Below, in pieces: positions 23,635 to 36,900 of a DNA stretch of 47,926 bases. The notes beneath the pieces were generated by a model. That model searched no databases and was not told the DNA's origin. It saw only the letters and a program-made list of their open reading frames with translations. The stretch's first letter is position 1. The number at the start of each line of letters is the position of its first letter. Source of the stretch: Octopus bimaculoides (taxonomy: Eukaryota); NCBI RefSeq assembly GCF_001194135.2, contig NC_068989.1, positions 29,433,873 to 29,481,798 of the forward strand, read 5' to 3'. The position numbers and the translations under genes are program-made.

Positions 23635-26600
23635 ATAAAATACACACACACACATACATGTATGTATATGTGCATATTCATATCTATAATATAAAAGTCA
23701 ATGTCTTTATGTGTGTTACTTATACATTCAAAAACTACTGCACCGATCCTAATGAAATTTGGAACACAAAATCCAAGCCTAGGGAGAAAGGTAATGCTGT
23801 ATGTTTCATACAATTTCATGGACCAAAATTACTAAACGGGTCCTTATGATATTTGGAACTTACATTCAATGCATAAGGGCGGGTATAATGCAGTGTTTGG
23901 TTTGAAGTTGAGATGGCTTAAAGGGGGCAGAACCCCCATGAAAATTCATACATTTTCGATGTTAATGAAATTTCAACCATGGGTAATTGATACACATCAA
24001 GAAGTATTCTCAAACTTTCCACTTCTCATGAGGATTCTAAAACCCCCTAATGGGGGCCTTAACTCCCAAATTTTAGTCATTTTTTATGATCCAAAACTAG
24101 GTCAAAAGTACTGAATGAATCTTTATGAAATTTGGAAATTATATTCTATGCATAAGGGCCATAACCTCCATGAAAATTCACATATATTTTTGCTGTTGAT
24201 TAAATTTTAATCATAGATATTGGACACAAATGAAGTAATATTTCTAAAATTTCATCTTCTTAGAAGTTAGAAAGACCTCTTCATGGGGACTTAACACCCA
24301 CAATTTAGTCATTTTATCTAAGCAAAGACGAATACAGTTGTCCTCTTACAAGCTGTAGGGTCACCCGAGCACAAAAGATGAGCGTTATTTGTAATTCAAT
24401 GGTACAACAGTGTAAGAGTTTGCTTTGAAATATACTTAGATTGTGATTTCTGCAATGTGGTACATAAATTGTCAAGTAAATGAGAGGTATCTTTGCCTCC
24501 ACTGATTCAGTTGCAAAGTGTTGAGTAAAGTTATTTGGTTGCAGACCTCCTTTGAGTCTTTTTNNNNNNNNNNNNNNNNNNNNNNNNNNNNNNNNNNNNN
24601 NNNNNNNNNNNNNNNNNNNNNNNNNNNNNNNNNNNNNNNNNNNNNNNNNNNNNNNNNNNNNNNNNNNNNNNNNNNNNNNNNNNNNNNNNNNNNNNNNNNN
24701 NNNNNNNNNNNNNNNNNNNNNNNNNNNNNNNNNNNNNNNNNNNNNNNNNNNNNNNNNNNNNNNNNNNNNNNNNNNNNNNNNNNNNNNNNNNNNNNNNNNN
24801 NNNNNNNNNNNNNNNNNNNNNNNNNNNNNNNNNNNNNNNNNNNNNNNNNNNNNNNNNNNNNNNNNNNNNNNNNNNNNNNNNNNNNNNNNNNNNNNNNNNN
24901 NNNNNNNATACATATATTCTCTATTTCAAAGAAATTCAAACAATAGATATAACACCCAAGTCAAAAAGATTCTCAACAATCCAACTTCTCTGGTTGACAT
25001 TAAGACACCCACACCCAATAGGGGCCTTAACTCCCACATTTTAGAGCTCCATGACCTCCATTTTGCAGGAGCAAAATCCTTTTAGCAGGTTCCATAAGAC
25101 TGGAATTTTGGAATCTGCGCATAAAGATCAGTAGTATGGGATACATGTGTCATGATTAGAATTTTTTGGGGTGTGTAAAGAGGGAAAGAACCTTCATTTG
25201 CAATTTTAATGAAATTCAAATCATAGGTATTCCAGTTCATTAGAGAAAATATAACAGAACTGTCTAATTCTTCCATTACATGTAACATGGGCAATGCCGG
25301 GTAATTCTGCTAGTATATTTATATATATATCTTAATAATTCTGATGCACACTCTATTCTGTCTTTTTACTCTTTCATTTTTCCCTCTTTCTCTCTCTCTT
25401 TCTTTTACCTCCTCTTCTCCCACTATTCTATCCTAGTACTCTGTCACTCTCTCTCCCTCCTCCCTTGCTCACGTGACCATTGGCCATCTTTCTTTCCCTC
25501 CATTGTAGCTGGAACAAGGAAGACATGTTCTTGTCTGTCTCTTGTCCAAGCTTGATTTACACGTTCCCCACCACATCCTCAGTTAGGCTTAGCAGCCCCT
25601 CCTGTTTGTGTTACCAATTTTGACCCTCTACAAAATCCCAAATTTTATTTAATTTGCTTTGCGGGAGCAACTGTTTTAACAAAAGCGTATATTGTTGTTA
25701 AATGCTCGAAATACGAGAGTAGAAAAACACCCAACAACTGATGAAGGGTCGTTCTTTATGTTATTTGTCTTGCTTCCCATTTGTGTCAGTGGAGCGCTAA
25801 CAGCACCATCCAAGCGGGATCACTGCCAGAGCAGCGGTCTGGCTTCCGTGCCGGTGGCACATAAAAAGCATCATTTGAGCGTGATTGATACCAGTGTCGC
25901 TTCACTGGCACTTGTGCCGGTGGCATGTGAACAAAACATTCAAGCGAGGTCGTTGCCAGTGCCGCTGGACTGACACCTGTGCACGTGGCACGTAAAAACA
26001 CCATTTGAGCATGGCCGTTGCCAGTACCACCAGACTGGCCCTGTGCCAGTGGCACGTAAAAACACCCACTACACTCTCAGAGTGGTTGGTGTTAGGAAGG
26101 GCATCCAGCTGTAGGAACTCTGCCAGATCAGATTGGAGCTTGGTGCAGCCATCTGGTTCACCAGTCCTCAGTCAAATCATCCAACCCATGCTAACATCGA
26201 AAGCAGACGTTAAACGATGATGATATATATACATATATATGTATATACACATATATATATATATACAACACTTGACGCGTAATCACAGAGATGGGAGTTC
26301 GAGTCTCATGGCTGGCCAGTAATGTATTTTTCTGCAATAAATGGATAATTTATCCTGATCACGCTATTTATAGCATTATCACGCGTTTGAGAAATAAATT
26401 TATTTCTGTATCTTACATACATATATATCTTGATAATTCTTTAAAATATCATTCCACTATTACATTTGTTGTAACCTTTTTGAGGCTGCTATTTCAGGCA
26501 AGTACCTTTATGGGTAAATAAACATAAAGGCACTTGCCTGAAATAATAACAGCCTTGAATGATGAAATACGGTATCATGGAAGCCATATTTGTACTGTGA

Positions 26601-29600
26601 CAGCTACTGGAGATAATAATGAATCACTGTTTTACTACCATTATCTTGCAAGTTTGCAAAAGCTAAATGGATTGTGAAACATATAGAAAACTAAGAAATT
26701 TAGAAAGCATGTTTAAGAATAACAATATTTACTGTTCGACTAAGAGTACAATTGAGTCTTATCACCCATCTCTTTGTATTACAGACTTTATAGCCAAACC
26801 AATGCTCAACTACAAAAGCACTTGGAGAGCGCAGACCTCCGCCAAGCAGCTCCTTTCCACCCATATACACGCATGCTGAAAATTGCCCAATTTCCCAAAC
26901 CAATGCCAGCAAAAACATAACCTCCTTGGTCGGGGTAAAAAAAAAACAGCCATATGATTTAAAAATAAAAACCTTTAAAAACAAGAATCATCTGAAGCAG
27001 TTATAATACACTGCTCCTGTCACCATAATAACCACCGATACTATTTTATCCTCCTCCCATACTTAAGGTTACAGCATAGATTAGATTACTTAGATAAGTT
27101 TCGGCCGAAGTTGACTCAGGCCATGTCTAATTTAATAGCACCATCTGAAAGAGATACACAGTCAGCTCTGGGGAACCGTAGCCCATTCAAGCAGAGGGTT
27201 ATTGTTTTCAGAGACATATCTGGGTGTGGGTGGTTTATCTGGTATTTGTCGGGGGTAATCATCTCGGGATTGTTTGAATGCCATAAAGTCACTTTCGTCC
27301 TTTATGTGTGTCTGGCACGATGTTGAAGAGAGCAGGGCCAATTGAGGTGAAATAGTTCTGTCATAGTGTTGTGATACGACACGAACATTTCCGTAGTGGA
27401 CGGATGGCATGGGGGCCAAGCCTCGGATGAATTTTAAAGATGGGCAATGTTGATGGAATATTTTCCACATCATACAGATGATATAGCTCACAGCAGCGGT
27501 GGAGGGAGCAAAGCCTGAGCTTTTTGAATTGATCCTAATAGTCAAGGCTTGTCATGTCATCCTCCACAGACCTCTACCAAGCAGCTCATAGTAAGATAGA
27601 TACGCGAGTAAAATTACTGATAGAGAAACGAAAATAAACTTTGGAAACAGCAACACCACCATAGGTTACGTGGAAACGATGAACGTGTTCTCAAGGGAGA
27701 TAATCGAGGAACATAATGTAATACTTCATGTAAAGTAAAGATAACAAATGAAAAATCCTTCAAGAATCCATAAAAATTCCTGGATCACTACCAAAATTTC
27801 ATCATCTATTCCTTGTGTCATTACCAACTTTTCATGCAAGTTTCATCAAATACCGTTCACAAGTTTTTGAGTTATTTTGAACACAGTCGGACAGACGAAC
27901 AAACCAATGCTGATGAAAACATGTACTTGGGAAGTTTAACATATTTTGCATGAATACATGTGAACACACACACACACAATCTTTCCATGAAACAGAAAAG
28001 AAAGCAATTCACAGGCCTGTTATGTTATGCCAAAATTATTTCTATGTTTATGTATAGCATGTGTGTTACTGTGTATAATTAGGATATCTAAGTATACTGG
28101 TTGCTTAAATGTAGAAGTTGTGTATTTGGTACATGTTTAGAGTAGGTTTTAGTGTGCTAATGGAAAACATGCCTGCAGAATGCTGTTGGCCTGGTTCTCC
28201 AAGTAGAATTGGTCAAAATCATGAAATCTATAAATTTATCAGATGTAGTTATTTTCTTTTATTTAGATGATGTCATAAGTGCAGGAGGTGACAGTAATTA
28301 AACCACAGTTTCTACAATATGAAAATATGAAAAAATTCAGAGAGCTGTTTTCTGTGTTAGCAATGAAAATTTCTCTCTTTGCGCAAATGGTAGACTGTAA
28401 GAATTTTTTAAAAGGAAAGAAAGCATGGTAAGGAAGTATAGGAATTTGAAAACTCTTCAGAAGCTAGGGAAAAGTAGGGTAAGCATGATCTATATATGCA
28501 ATGTTTCCTTATATGAGTGGCTGCGCAAGTTATCCGTAGAAGGCAACTGTCTTGGTATAGATATGCCAATTGAAGATGAGTACCTGGTAAGAGAAAAGGA
28601 CTATGTGGTGTTGGTGCAGAGTGAACATGGACTGAGAAAGTAGCAGCAAAAATGGTGATGTTAGATTTCAGGCTGCTGGTAAAAGACCATGACAATTGTA
28701 CAGTAAACTGTGTACCGAATACAATAAATGCAGAGCAATTCCCAGTAGACCAAGTTCAAGGTTTTGGCATCACTTTATAGAAATATCACAGCTTGCATTT
28801 TCTCTTCTTCAAGTCAATGCATCAATAGCAAATATTTTTTGTTACAAGAAAATCAAGCAAATAAGCTTTTCCATTGCACATGTATGAAATAAGGACTGAG
28901 GAATTGATAGAGGATTAAATTTAGCTCTCAACTTCATAATTATACATTTCACAGTAAAAAAAAATGCATGTTTCCAATTACCTGTCATTCAACTTTTCCA
29001 ACATATACGATCCTAAACCTGATCCAGTTCCACCTGCTATTGAATGACAAAGAACAAACCCCTGAAACAAAGAAACAAATAAAAAATTTCTGAACACAAG
29101 GTCAAGTTATCTTTTAACATTTTAAAAATTTTGGATGAGGACAGGGTGTTCAAGATAAATCTGACAATGTACATAAAAGGAAAAGGAAACAATATCCCAA
29201 TCAAAAATAAAATTTTTTTTTTTTTTAAATCGAAAAATACTAACTAGATTATGGCTGAAAAATAACAGTTTACCCAAAGTAGCCACCCTCAGTTTCCACC
29301 ACAGCCTCCATATGGCTCTGGAACCTGGTGCATGTGTTCCTCACTGTGACCCTGGGAAGATCTTTGAACACCTCCTTGACCTTGGCCACTAGCTTGACCT
29401 TTGTGTTGCAGGCAGGGCAGTTGGTGTCCTTCTCAACCATACCCCACACACAGTAATCCAAGGTATTACAATGAGAATTAGAAGGCCAGAAATTGGGGCT
29501 GGTGAAGTCAGAGAAATTCTCCAACAACTACTTTTGACTCTTTCCAAGCAAGGAGCCAAATCTTGCTGTCACGCACATGGCCTTCCAGTAGCAACCCTCT

Positions 29601-32600
29601 CCAAACAAGGATTGACCAGTCTCCAGCAGCAAAATACAGCTGTCTCAATTGTGCCTAAGGTTCAATTCAGATTGGTTTGTGAAGCTGTTCAAAGATATGG
29701 GAATGAATCCCAGTGTGTGGACACTGACAGAACACCTGCTGTGACCCTTCCTGCTGGCCATGGCTTTGTAGTCTCTGTTGCAGCTGTCTATGTCTATCTA
29801 AGAGCCTCTACAGAGCATTAAGCAGCAGTCATGATGTCAGCATTTTGACACCCAGCACAAATCATCATAATACAGGTAACTCTTTTCCAATATTTAGATA
29901 GCTTCCGGTCCTCCATGTCAGTTAACTCTTTCTCAACTACAACTTTAATCTTTATGCTCTCCAATACTGTTGACTAATCACTAATTCATCAAGTTGTTCC
30001 TGAAAAAAAGAGTCATAGAAAATCATCAAATTAGCCTGAACAGCCTGTATAGTGGAGTTCAGGTGGAGGCTGTGTAGAGCCTGCATGTCTCAAGGCAGTA
30101 AAGACCATAGTAGAAGCAGTCAGATCAGAGAAAAAAACTTGAGCAAAATAAACTTTCTGAGTCAATTTACTGACACATGACTCATTGAAATGGGTTATAT
30201 TATACAGATGTCATAATCATCATCATCATTTAAAATCCATATTCCATGCTGGCATGGATTGGACAGTTTGACAGGAGCTGACAAGCAAGAGGGCTGCACC
30301 AAGCACCAGTCATCTGTTTTGGCCCTTCCTTAATGCCAACTACTTTACAAAGTGTACTGGGTGCTTTTTATGTGACGCCAGAACGGGTGCCAGCATGTTT
30401 GCATAACAAGGACTTCTCAGCTGAAAGAGAGAAGCAACCATGTCAGGCGAAAGATTGGAGTTGAGATAGAGGGACAGGGATAGCTGTCTTACTACAGAGA
30501 AGACACTTGGCTACCTCAGTAGGATAAGGGAAGCAGGTGGGAGAGTTAGAAAGATAGACAAGGCAGAGTGAGAGAAAGAGGGCCAACCCACAGGGAACAA
30601 TGGGGGGCAGTAAAGGTAGTACTGAGGGAATAGAGATGTTCCTTAAAAGTGTGAATGGAGATAATTAGAGATAGCAAGTGATGGTGAGTGGAATTGGAGT
30701 TGCTGGGAGGTGGGTATGGTGGATGTGCAGAGACATGGAGAGTGTGTGGATAAGCATGTGATGGTAAGTGAAGGGGCAGTGGATGGAGAGTTGGGGAATT
30801 TTGCCAGAAGATAGAATTGTGTGTGAGGAGAAGCAGGGCATAGCCTTTCTGTTTCTTCCCAAGCTAAGTATAACTGTCTCCTAGCTTCCCTTCTAGCTGC
30901 CTGATACAGTTGTCTGCTACCACCATTCTTTCAATCCTGTCACTCTAAAAACTCTATCTACTACACTATTCCACCACCACATCACTCTATATCTGTTGGG
31001 ACTTTGCCCCAGTCATAGATTTGGTCTGTGGCACTCAGTAAGTTGTCCTATAGAAACTTCCAGTTATCCTCTATGTTACATGTCTATAGACCCTCCTTCG
31101 TGTTAAATGCTTCAGTTATGACGTCTCTAAATCTCTGACTGGTCAAAAGATCCTTAAACTTCCAAATCCTTCTTTTCCAGACTAGTCTGCTTCTTGGAAT
31201 CTTTCTAACCTAAAGTCTGAATATAGTAAGGAATTTAATGTACAGGTAGGAATTCAGCAAGGATCGGTTCTCAGCCCCCTCTTATTTATCATAGTCCTCC
31301 AGGCCATAACAGAGGAATTAAGACTTGACTGCCTTGGGAGCTCCTCTATGCTGATGATCATGTTCTTATTGCAGAATCACTAGAGAAAAAATTTCAGCTG
31401 TAGAAACAAGGTCTGGAATCAAAGGGCTTTAGAATTAATTTATCAAAGACCAAAGTCCAATAAGCAGCAGGAAAACAGAAAAATCACTAGCCCTTTCAGG
31501 GAGATGGCCTTGCTTGATATCTAGAAAAGGTGTTGGTAGAAGGTCCATATGATGTACCTAGTGCAAGCTATGGACACATAAGAGGTGCAGCAGTATCAGA
31601 GGAAGGTTAAGAGAGAAAGTAGTCTTTGTGTAAGATGTGCAAGTACAATAAAGACTAAGAATGTACAGAGAATAGACGCCCTCAAATGGCCGAGGGAATC
31701 CTCAGAAATAGTAAATAGTTCCCATTACCTGGGCAACCAAGTTAGCAGTGGAGGAGGAAGCTCTGAAAGCGTACTTGCTAGAATAAGAATGGACAAAGCA
31801 AGGAGAGTTACAACCTCTATTACTAACAAAGGGCCTATACATCAAAGAAAAGGGTAGATTTGAGTAAAAGGTAGATCAGAGTAAAAGATAGATGGCAGAG
31901 TACAAACAGCTATGCTATATAGCAGTAATACATGGGCTGTGATAACAGAGGACATGCAAAGGCCTGAAAGAAATGAAGCCTGCATGCTCTGCTGGATGGG
32001 TAATGTCAGTGTGCATATACTACAGAGTTGTGAAAATTATCTTTGCCTAATACTTTTCCTGCAGTTGTCTCACAAAGTAGAAAGCATTAGTATTTCTCCC
32101 TGGCACAAAACCAAACTGCATCTCATCTAGGCTAACTCACTTCCTAATTAGTTGAGAAATGACCCTTTCTGTAACTTTCATAACCTGGTCCAGCAATCTG
32201 AGACCTCTGTAATTATTTGTCTAAAGCGTCACCTTTAACTTTGTAGCAATTGACTATCATGCTGCTACACCGATCACTGGGTATGACTCCCTTGTAGATA
32301 ACTATACAGGTGAGTGGACCATATTCCACACTGCTAGATGTTTTAAGCACCTCAGCAGTGATTCCTGATGGGCCAAGGGCTTCTGCTGTCTTCATATCCT
32401 TAATTGCTTTATCTCCTAGACCAGTGGTTCCCAAACTTTTTAGAGATGCGACCCACTTAAATCTACTGGGTCAACATTAATGAAAGAAACAAATTTATTT
32501 CAGATTACATTTTCATTGAGGCCTGTGAGAAGGATGAGCCTGTTTCTTGCTACGCCCAATAATAGAATTAACATCAGATTCAATGAGTGATAGTTTCAGC

Positions 32601-33885
32601 TGTAAAGAATTTGAGAGCTGCAGTTTATTTCGAAATTTGCTTTTAATCCCAACCATTGCTGAAAATTCAGCTTCATAATTATAAGATGACGCGAAAGGGA
32701 CAAGTACTTTTAATGCTTCGGTGGAAATGATTGGGTACGGGGTTTGAAGAGACGCCCAGAACTTTGATTAACAGCAGTTAATCAAAGCTAATGCATAATT
32801 TTATAACTTTTTGCGACCCACTAGGATTCCGTTCGCAACCCATCAGTGGGTCGCGACTAATAGTTTGGGAACCACTGTACTAGACTACTATTGATTCGAA
32901 TAGCTGGTCCCACTGCGGGATCTACATTGGGCAAACTCACCGCCTTCCATTCTTGCATTCTTCACATTTAGCAGACCTCTTTCTTTGCAGAATCACTAAC
33001 TGCAAACGAGTCATCATCCATGCAAATGCACCTCTTCCCTGCAACATCATGATTTTCTCTGACACACAGTCTTGTGTCAAAACACCTCAAGCCTCTGCTT
33101 CTCCAGCTTCCCTTCTAGCTACCTGATATAGTTCTCTGCTACTACCACTCTTCTAGTCTTCCCAAGCCCATTTCTTTGGTCTAATGGCCCTGTCTACTTC
33201 CCCATTCCACCACTATGTCACTTTAGGTCACATGGAGACTTTGTACAAGCCACAAATTTGCTCAGTGATTTGGGATAAAGTGGTGAGAAAGGATCTTCAG
33301 ACGTTGGGCCTCACAGAGGGGATGACAAGCTTCTGGTAGTTTGCTGTAGTTGAGAAGATACATCATCATCATTTAACGTCCACCTTCCATACTGGCATGG
33401 GCTGGACGATTCACAGGAGCCAGGCAGGAACCTGCACCATGCTTGTGTGTCTATTTCGGCAGGGTTTTTACAGCTGGATGCCCTTCCTAACACCAATCAC
33501 CCAGCAGAGTGGACTGAGTGCATTTTACATGGCACTCGCATAGGTGAGGTCAGTTTTGGCATGTTTTTTNNNNNNNNNNCCCTTCCTAACACCAATCACC
33601 CAGCAGAGTGGACTGAGTGCATTTTACATGGCACTCGCATAGGTGAGGTCAGTTTTGGCATGTTTTTTACAGCTGGATGCCCTTTCAAATGCCAACTATT
33701 TTACAGTATGGACTAGATGCTTTTTACATGGCATCAACACTGGCAAGGTCACCAAGTAACTTGCAAGACAAAGATCTTTTGAGAGGGGAGGGGACATTGG
33801 AGAAGGTTATCTTATGTCAGATGATGAAAGGTTATAGTGAGACAGAAACAGGTCTCTTTTGTAGAGAAGGTATATGGTTATCCAG

Positions 33886-33927
<42 letters not shown>

Positions 33928-36900
33928 AAAATCATGGTTGCCCTTGCATTCAGGCATGCCCCCTTACATACCTCTCCAACTTAGCAACTCTAATCTTGCC
34001 GGCTCATTGGTGCTGGTGCCATGTAAAAAGCATCCATGCAATACCACATGAAAGCACCTATGCCAGTGCAGCATAAAGGCACCCAGTACATTCTGTAAAG
34101 TGGTTGATGTTAGGAAGAGTATCCAGCCATAAAAACCATGCCAAAACAGGCATGGAGCCCCAGTAGCTCTTCACCTAACCTGCTCTCATCAAACCATCCA
34201 ACCCATAGCAGTATGGAAAACAGCTGTTAAATGATGAAGATAATGATGATAGAAAAATCTAAGAAAATATATGGCAAACATAAAAACCACATAATTATGA
34301 ATTAGATATTTCCATCATTATATGTTTCTGTATATTTACGTATATGTGCAGGGTTTATTTCATTTAGTTGATGGAATGTATTTCATTTCCTGGTTTTCTT
34401 CAAAGACAAATTATAGTATTTAGCCCTGTTTTACCCTTATGGCACACCTATCTTAAGTGCATTAAGTTCAACTGATAAATAATCTAGTAATTAGTGCAAT
34501 TCTTCTCTATTAAAATTTTGCTGTATACTCATTGAATATTAGCTAATAAGTCACTTTCTGTGCTGATGTTTAAATAAAATTTGAATAATTTTATATTTTG
34601 TTGAATTTATCTGTATTTATCCATAATTAGATTCACTTTGACACAAAAATAATGGAACAGATTTAGCTAAGAACCTTTTGTTAAATTGCGTTACAAAAAT
34701 CACATTAATACATTGAGAAATAAAAACAGAGTAGTTTTATGAAACCAGTCTAAATTTATGGTTATTTTAGAATTTAATTGAAACACATAAAGTGGTATAT
34801 TTTGGTTAGAAATATAGTAAAAAAAGGGTTAAATACTAAATTATTCAACTGAATAAAATTTCGTTAATTTGAAAAATAAAAAAATTGTATTTACTTTCAA
34901 CGTTTCTTGAACATTTATGTGCTAGCTGATTAACAAGAGATTAATACTTACCTCAAGACTGTCACTTCCATCGGCTTCTCTATCAATGATATCAAATATT
35001 TCCTCATATAACTTTTCACCCTAAAAATACCACAAATATTAGTTTAAGTACTCTCTCGTATCATTTATTTTAGATCTTGAACAGCAAGAGAGTGTCTATA
35101 ACCATAGGATCTCCTACACTAGCTAAGTGAGTTAGTGTTCAAATTGTCATAGGTTAATAAGTATTGAATATTGAGTGAAGGTATATTGGGATATAAAACA
35201 GTGGTTGCTCTTGAACTCAAATTGTGTTACAACTTGTGTACCAAATCTCTGAGGCAAAGCATATTATATCATCCAACTGAGAGAAGTACATTGCAAAATC
35301 ATTTTCATATACAGTTATCTAAAATTAACCATGACTGTAAAAACATTAAAGCCGAGTGTAATCAACCTGAATGAAATGAAAAGCAAGTAAAAATAATTTA
35401 TCTGTACATTGCATTTTTCTAGTATCTTTTTCAGAAGAACCAGATAGTTTTCATAATGTAAGAGCCATCACAAATACGATCTGAAATATATATACAGGCA
35501 TGACTATGTAGTTAAGAAATTTGCTTTGCAAGCATGTTTCTATTTTCAATTCCACACCAAGGCATTGTGAACAAGTATTTTCTATTTTAGCCTCAAGTTG
35601 ACTGATACCATGTGAGTGGAATTTGGTGTTTAGAAAACTGTGCAGGGGCCTTTGTGCATATGCATGTGTCTTCACCATTATATTGGCAAAGGATGTAACC
35701 ATCAGCAAGAGTAATGAATAGCCAGTGTTTTATGAGTGAAGTCTCATATATTTGTTCTACACCCAGATACAAATGTGTTGATCCAATGATTCACCCACTG
35801 ACAATCTGCAACCAATGACACTATTGATTACCAAATGCAATATAAAATAAATTAAATAATTAAGCAACAGAAATGTTCTACAAGAAATGAAATCTGAAAA
35901 TTATAAGTGGAATAATTAAAATTGTGATGCTCATACTGTCCCAAAAACATTAATCCAGTAAATGATGTAGTCTTAACAATAACAAAAAAACAGTGAAATG
36001 TAGACAATGAAAAGAAAAATTTTTATATCCTAGTATTAACTATATAATATAACAAAGCGGTGGGGAAGTATATACACAATGCACTACTATTACTATTACA
36101 TGAGACACAATGCTCTATATCAAAGGCTCACAGTAAACTGCTACCAACACAAACTGCAAATCACTCACAGTTCTTTAATTTATAACAATGAGACAGACCA
36201 CCTTTAGTCACTTGTGAAATTCTCCCAAAACATTTCCCCTTTTAAGAATCAGTTTCCCCAATCTTCTTCCCTTTTGATAACTGAACTCTACACCAAATTT
36301 TAAGATCTCTTATGCTTAGGGTTCAATTCCAATGTTTCCGTTCTTTTCCATTTTCTGGTGCTAGAGCATGTAGTTTCAAATTGTTAGGGTGTTGGTACCT
36401 CAAACATGTCGTACAATACTTCCATAGGGATTTCATTTCACGTGACTATTTTTTCATGAATCATCTCTTAAGCTGGTTGTCTTTTGCGTTCAACATTTTT
36501 CCGTTGACCAGGAATATCATTCTTCCAATTTATTTAATGAGTACACCGTCCTCCCAGCTTTCTTTACCATATCTATAGGTTTAAAAAAAAACTTTGTCAC
36601 CTAACTTGAAGAATTTTGAAGCATTTTTTTTTTTTTTTTTCGCTAAGCATCAGCTTATCAAAAACAGATCTGACCTTTCTAGCAAACATCAATTCTGCAG
36701 GTGACATTCTCGATGGTACACTCTTAGAAATTGTTGAAGTGCAAAATCATCCATCACTTCATTGTTCACCCTTTTCAAAGACGAACATTTTGCAAAATTT
36801 TCTGTACTTGTCTGAGGTGAATTCAGTTCCATTATCCAACACAGTGGTATCAGGAATACCTGGTGAACAATTCGTGTAAAAAACTTATTGTAACCACAGA

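Noticed and set aside
25700-25760. GAAA...GTA...CTGATGA, suggesting a hammerhead ribozyme (Penelope-like context)
   Set aside because: Stems I-III cannot be built around the core (no 10.1-11.1 pair, no stem I, no GAAA downstream). CTGATGA at 2418, 8525 and 27911 also lacks the rest of the core.
25780-26070. Regularly spaced ~65-70 bp repeats resembling a CRISPR array
   Set aside because: This is eukaryotic intron DNA, the 'spacers' are similar to each other, there are no cas genes, and the array is part of the RTE-type 3' module.
26270-26320. GTTCGAGTC B-box suggesting a tRNA gene
   Set aside because: There is no cloverleaf, acceptor stem or A-box partner. At most it is a SINE head fragment.
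33480-33670. Perfect ~90-bp direct repeat either side of a 10-N gap
   Set aside because: Identical sequence on both sides of a tiny gap is the usual sign of unmerged contig ends, not a real duplication.
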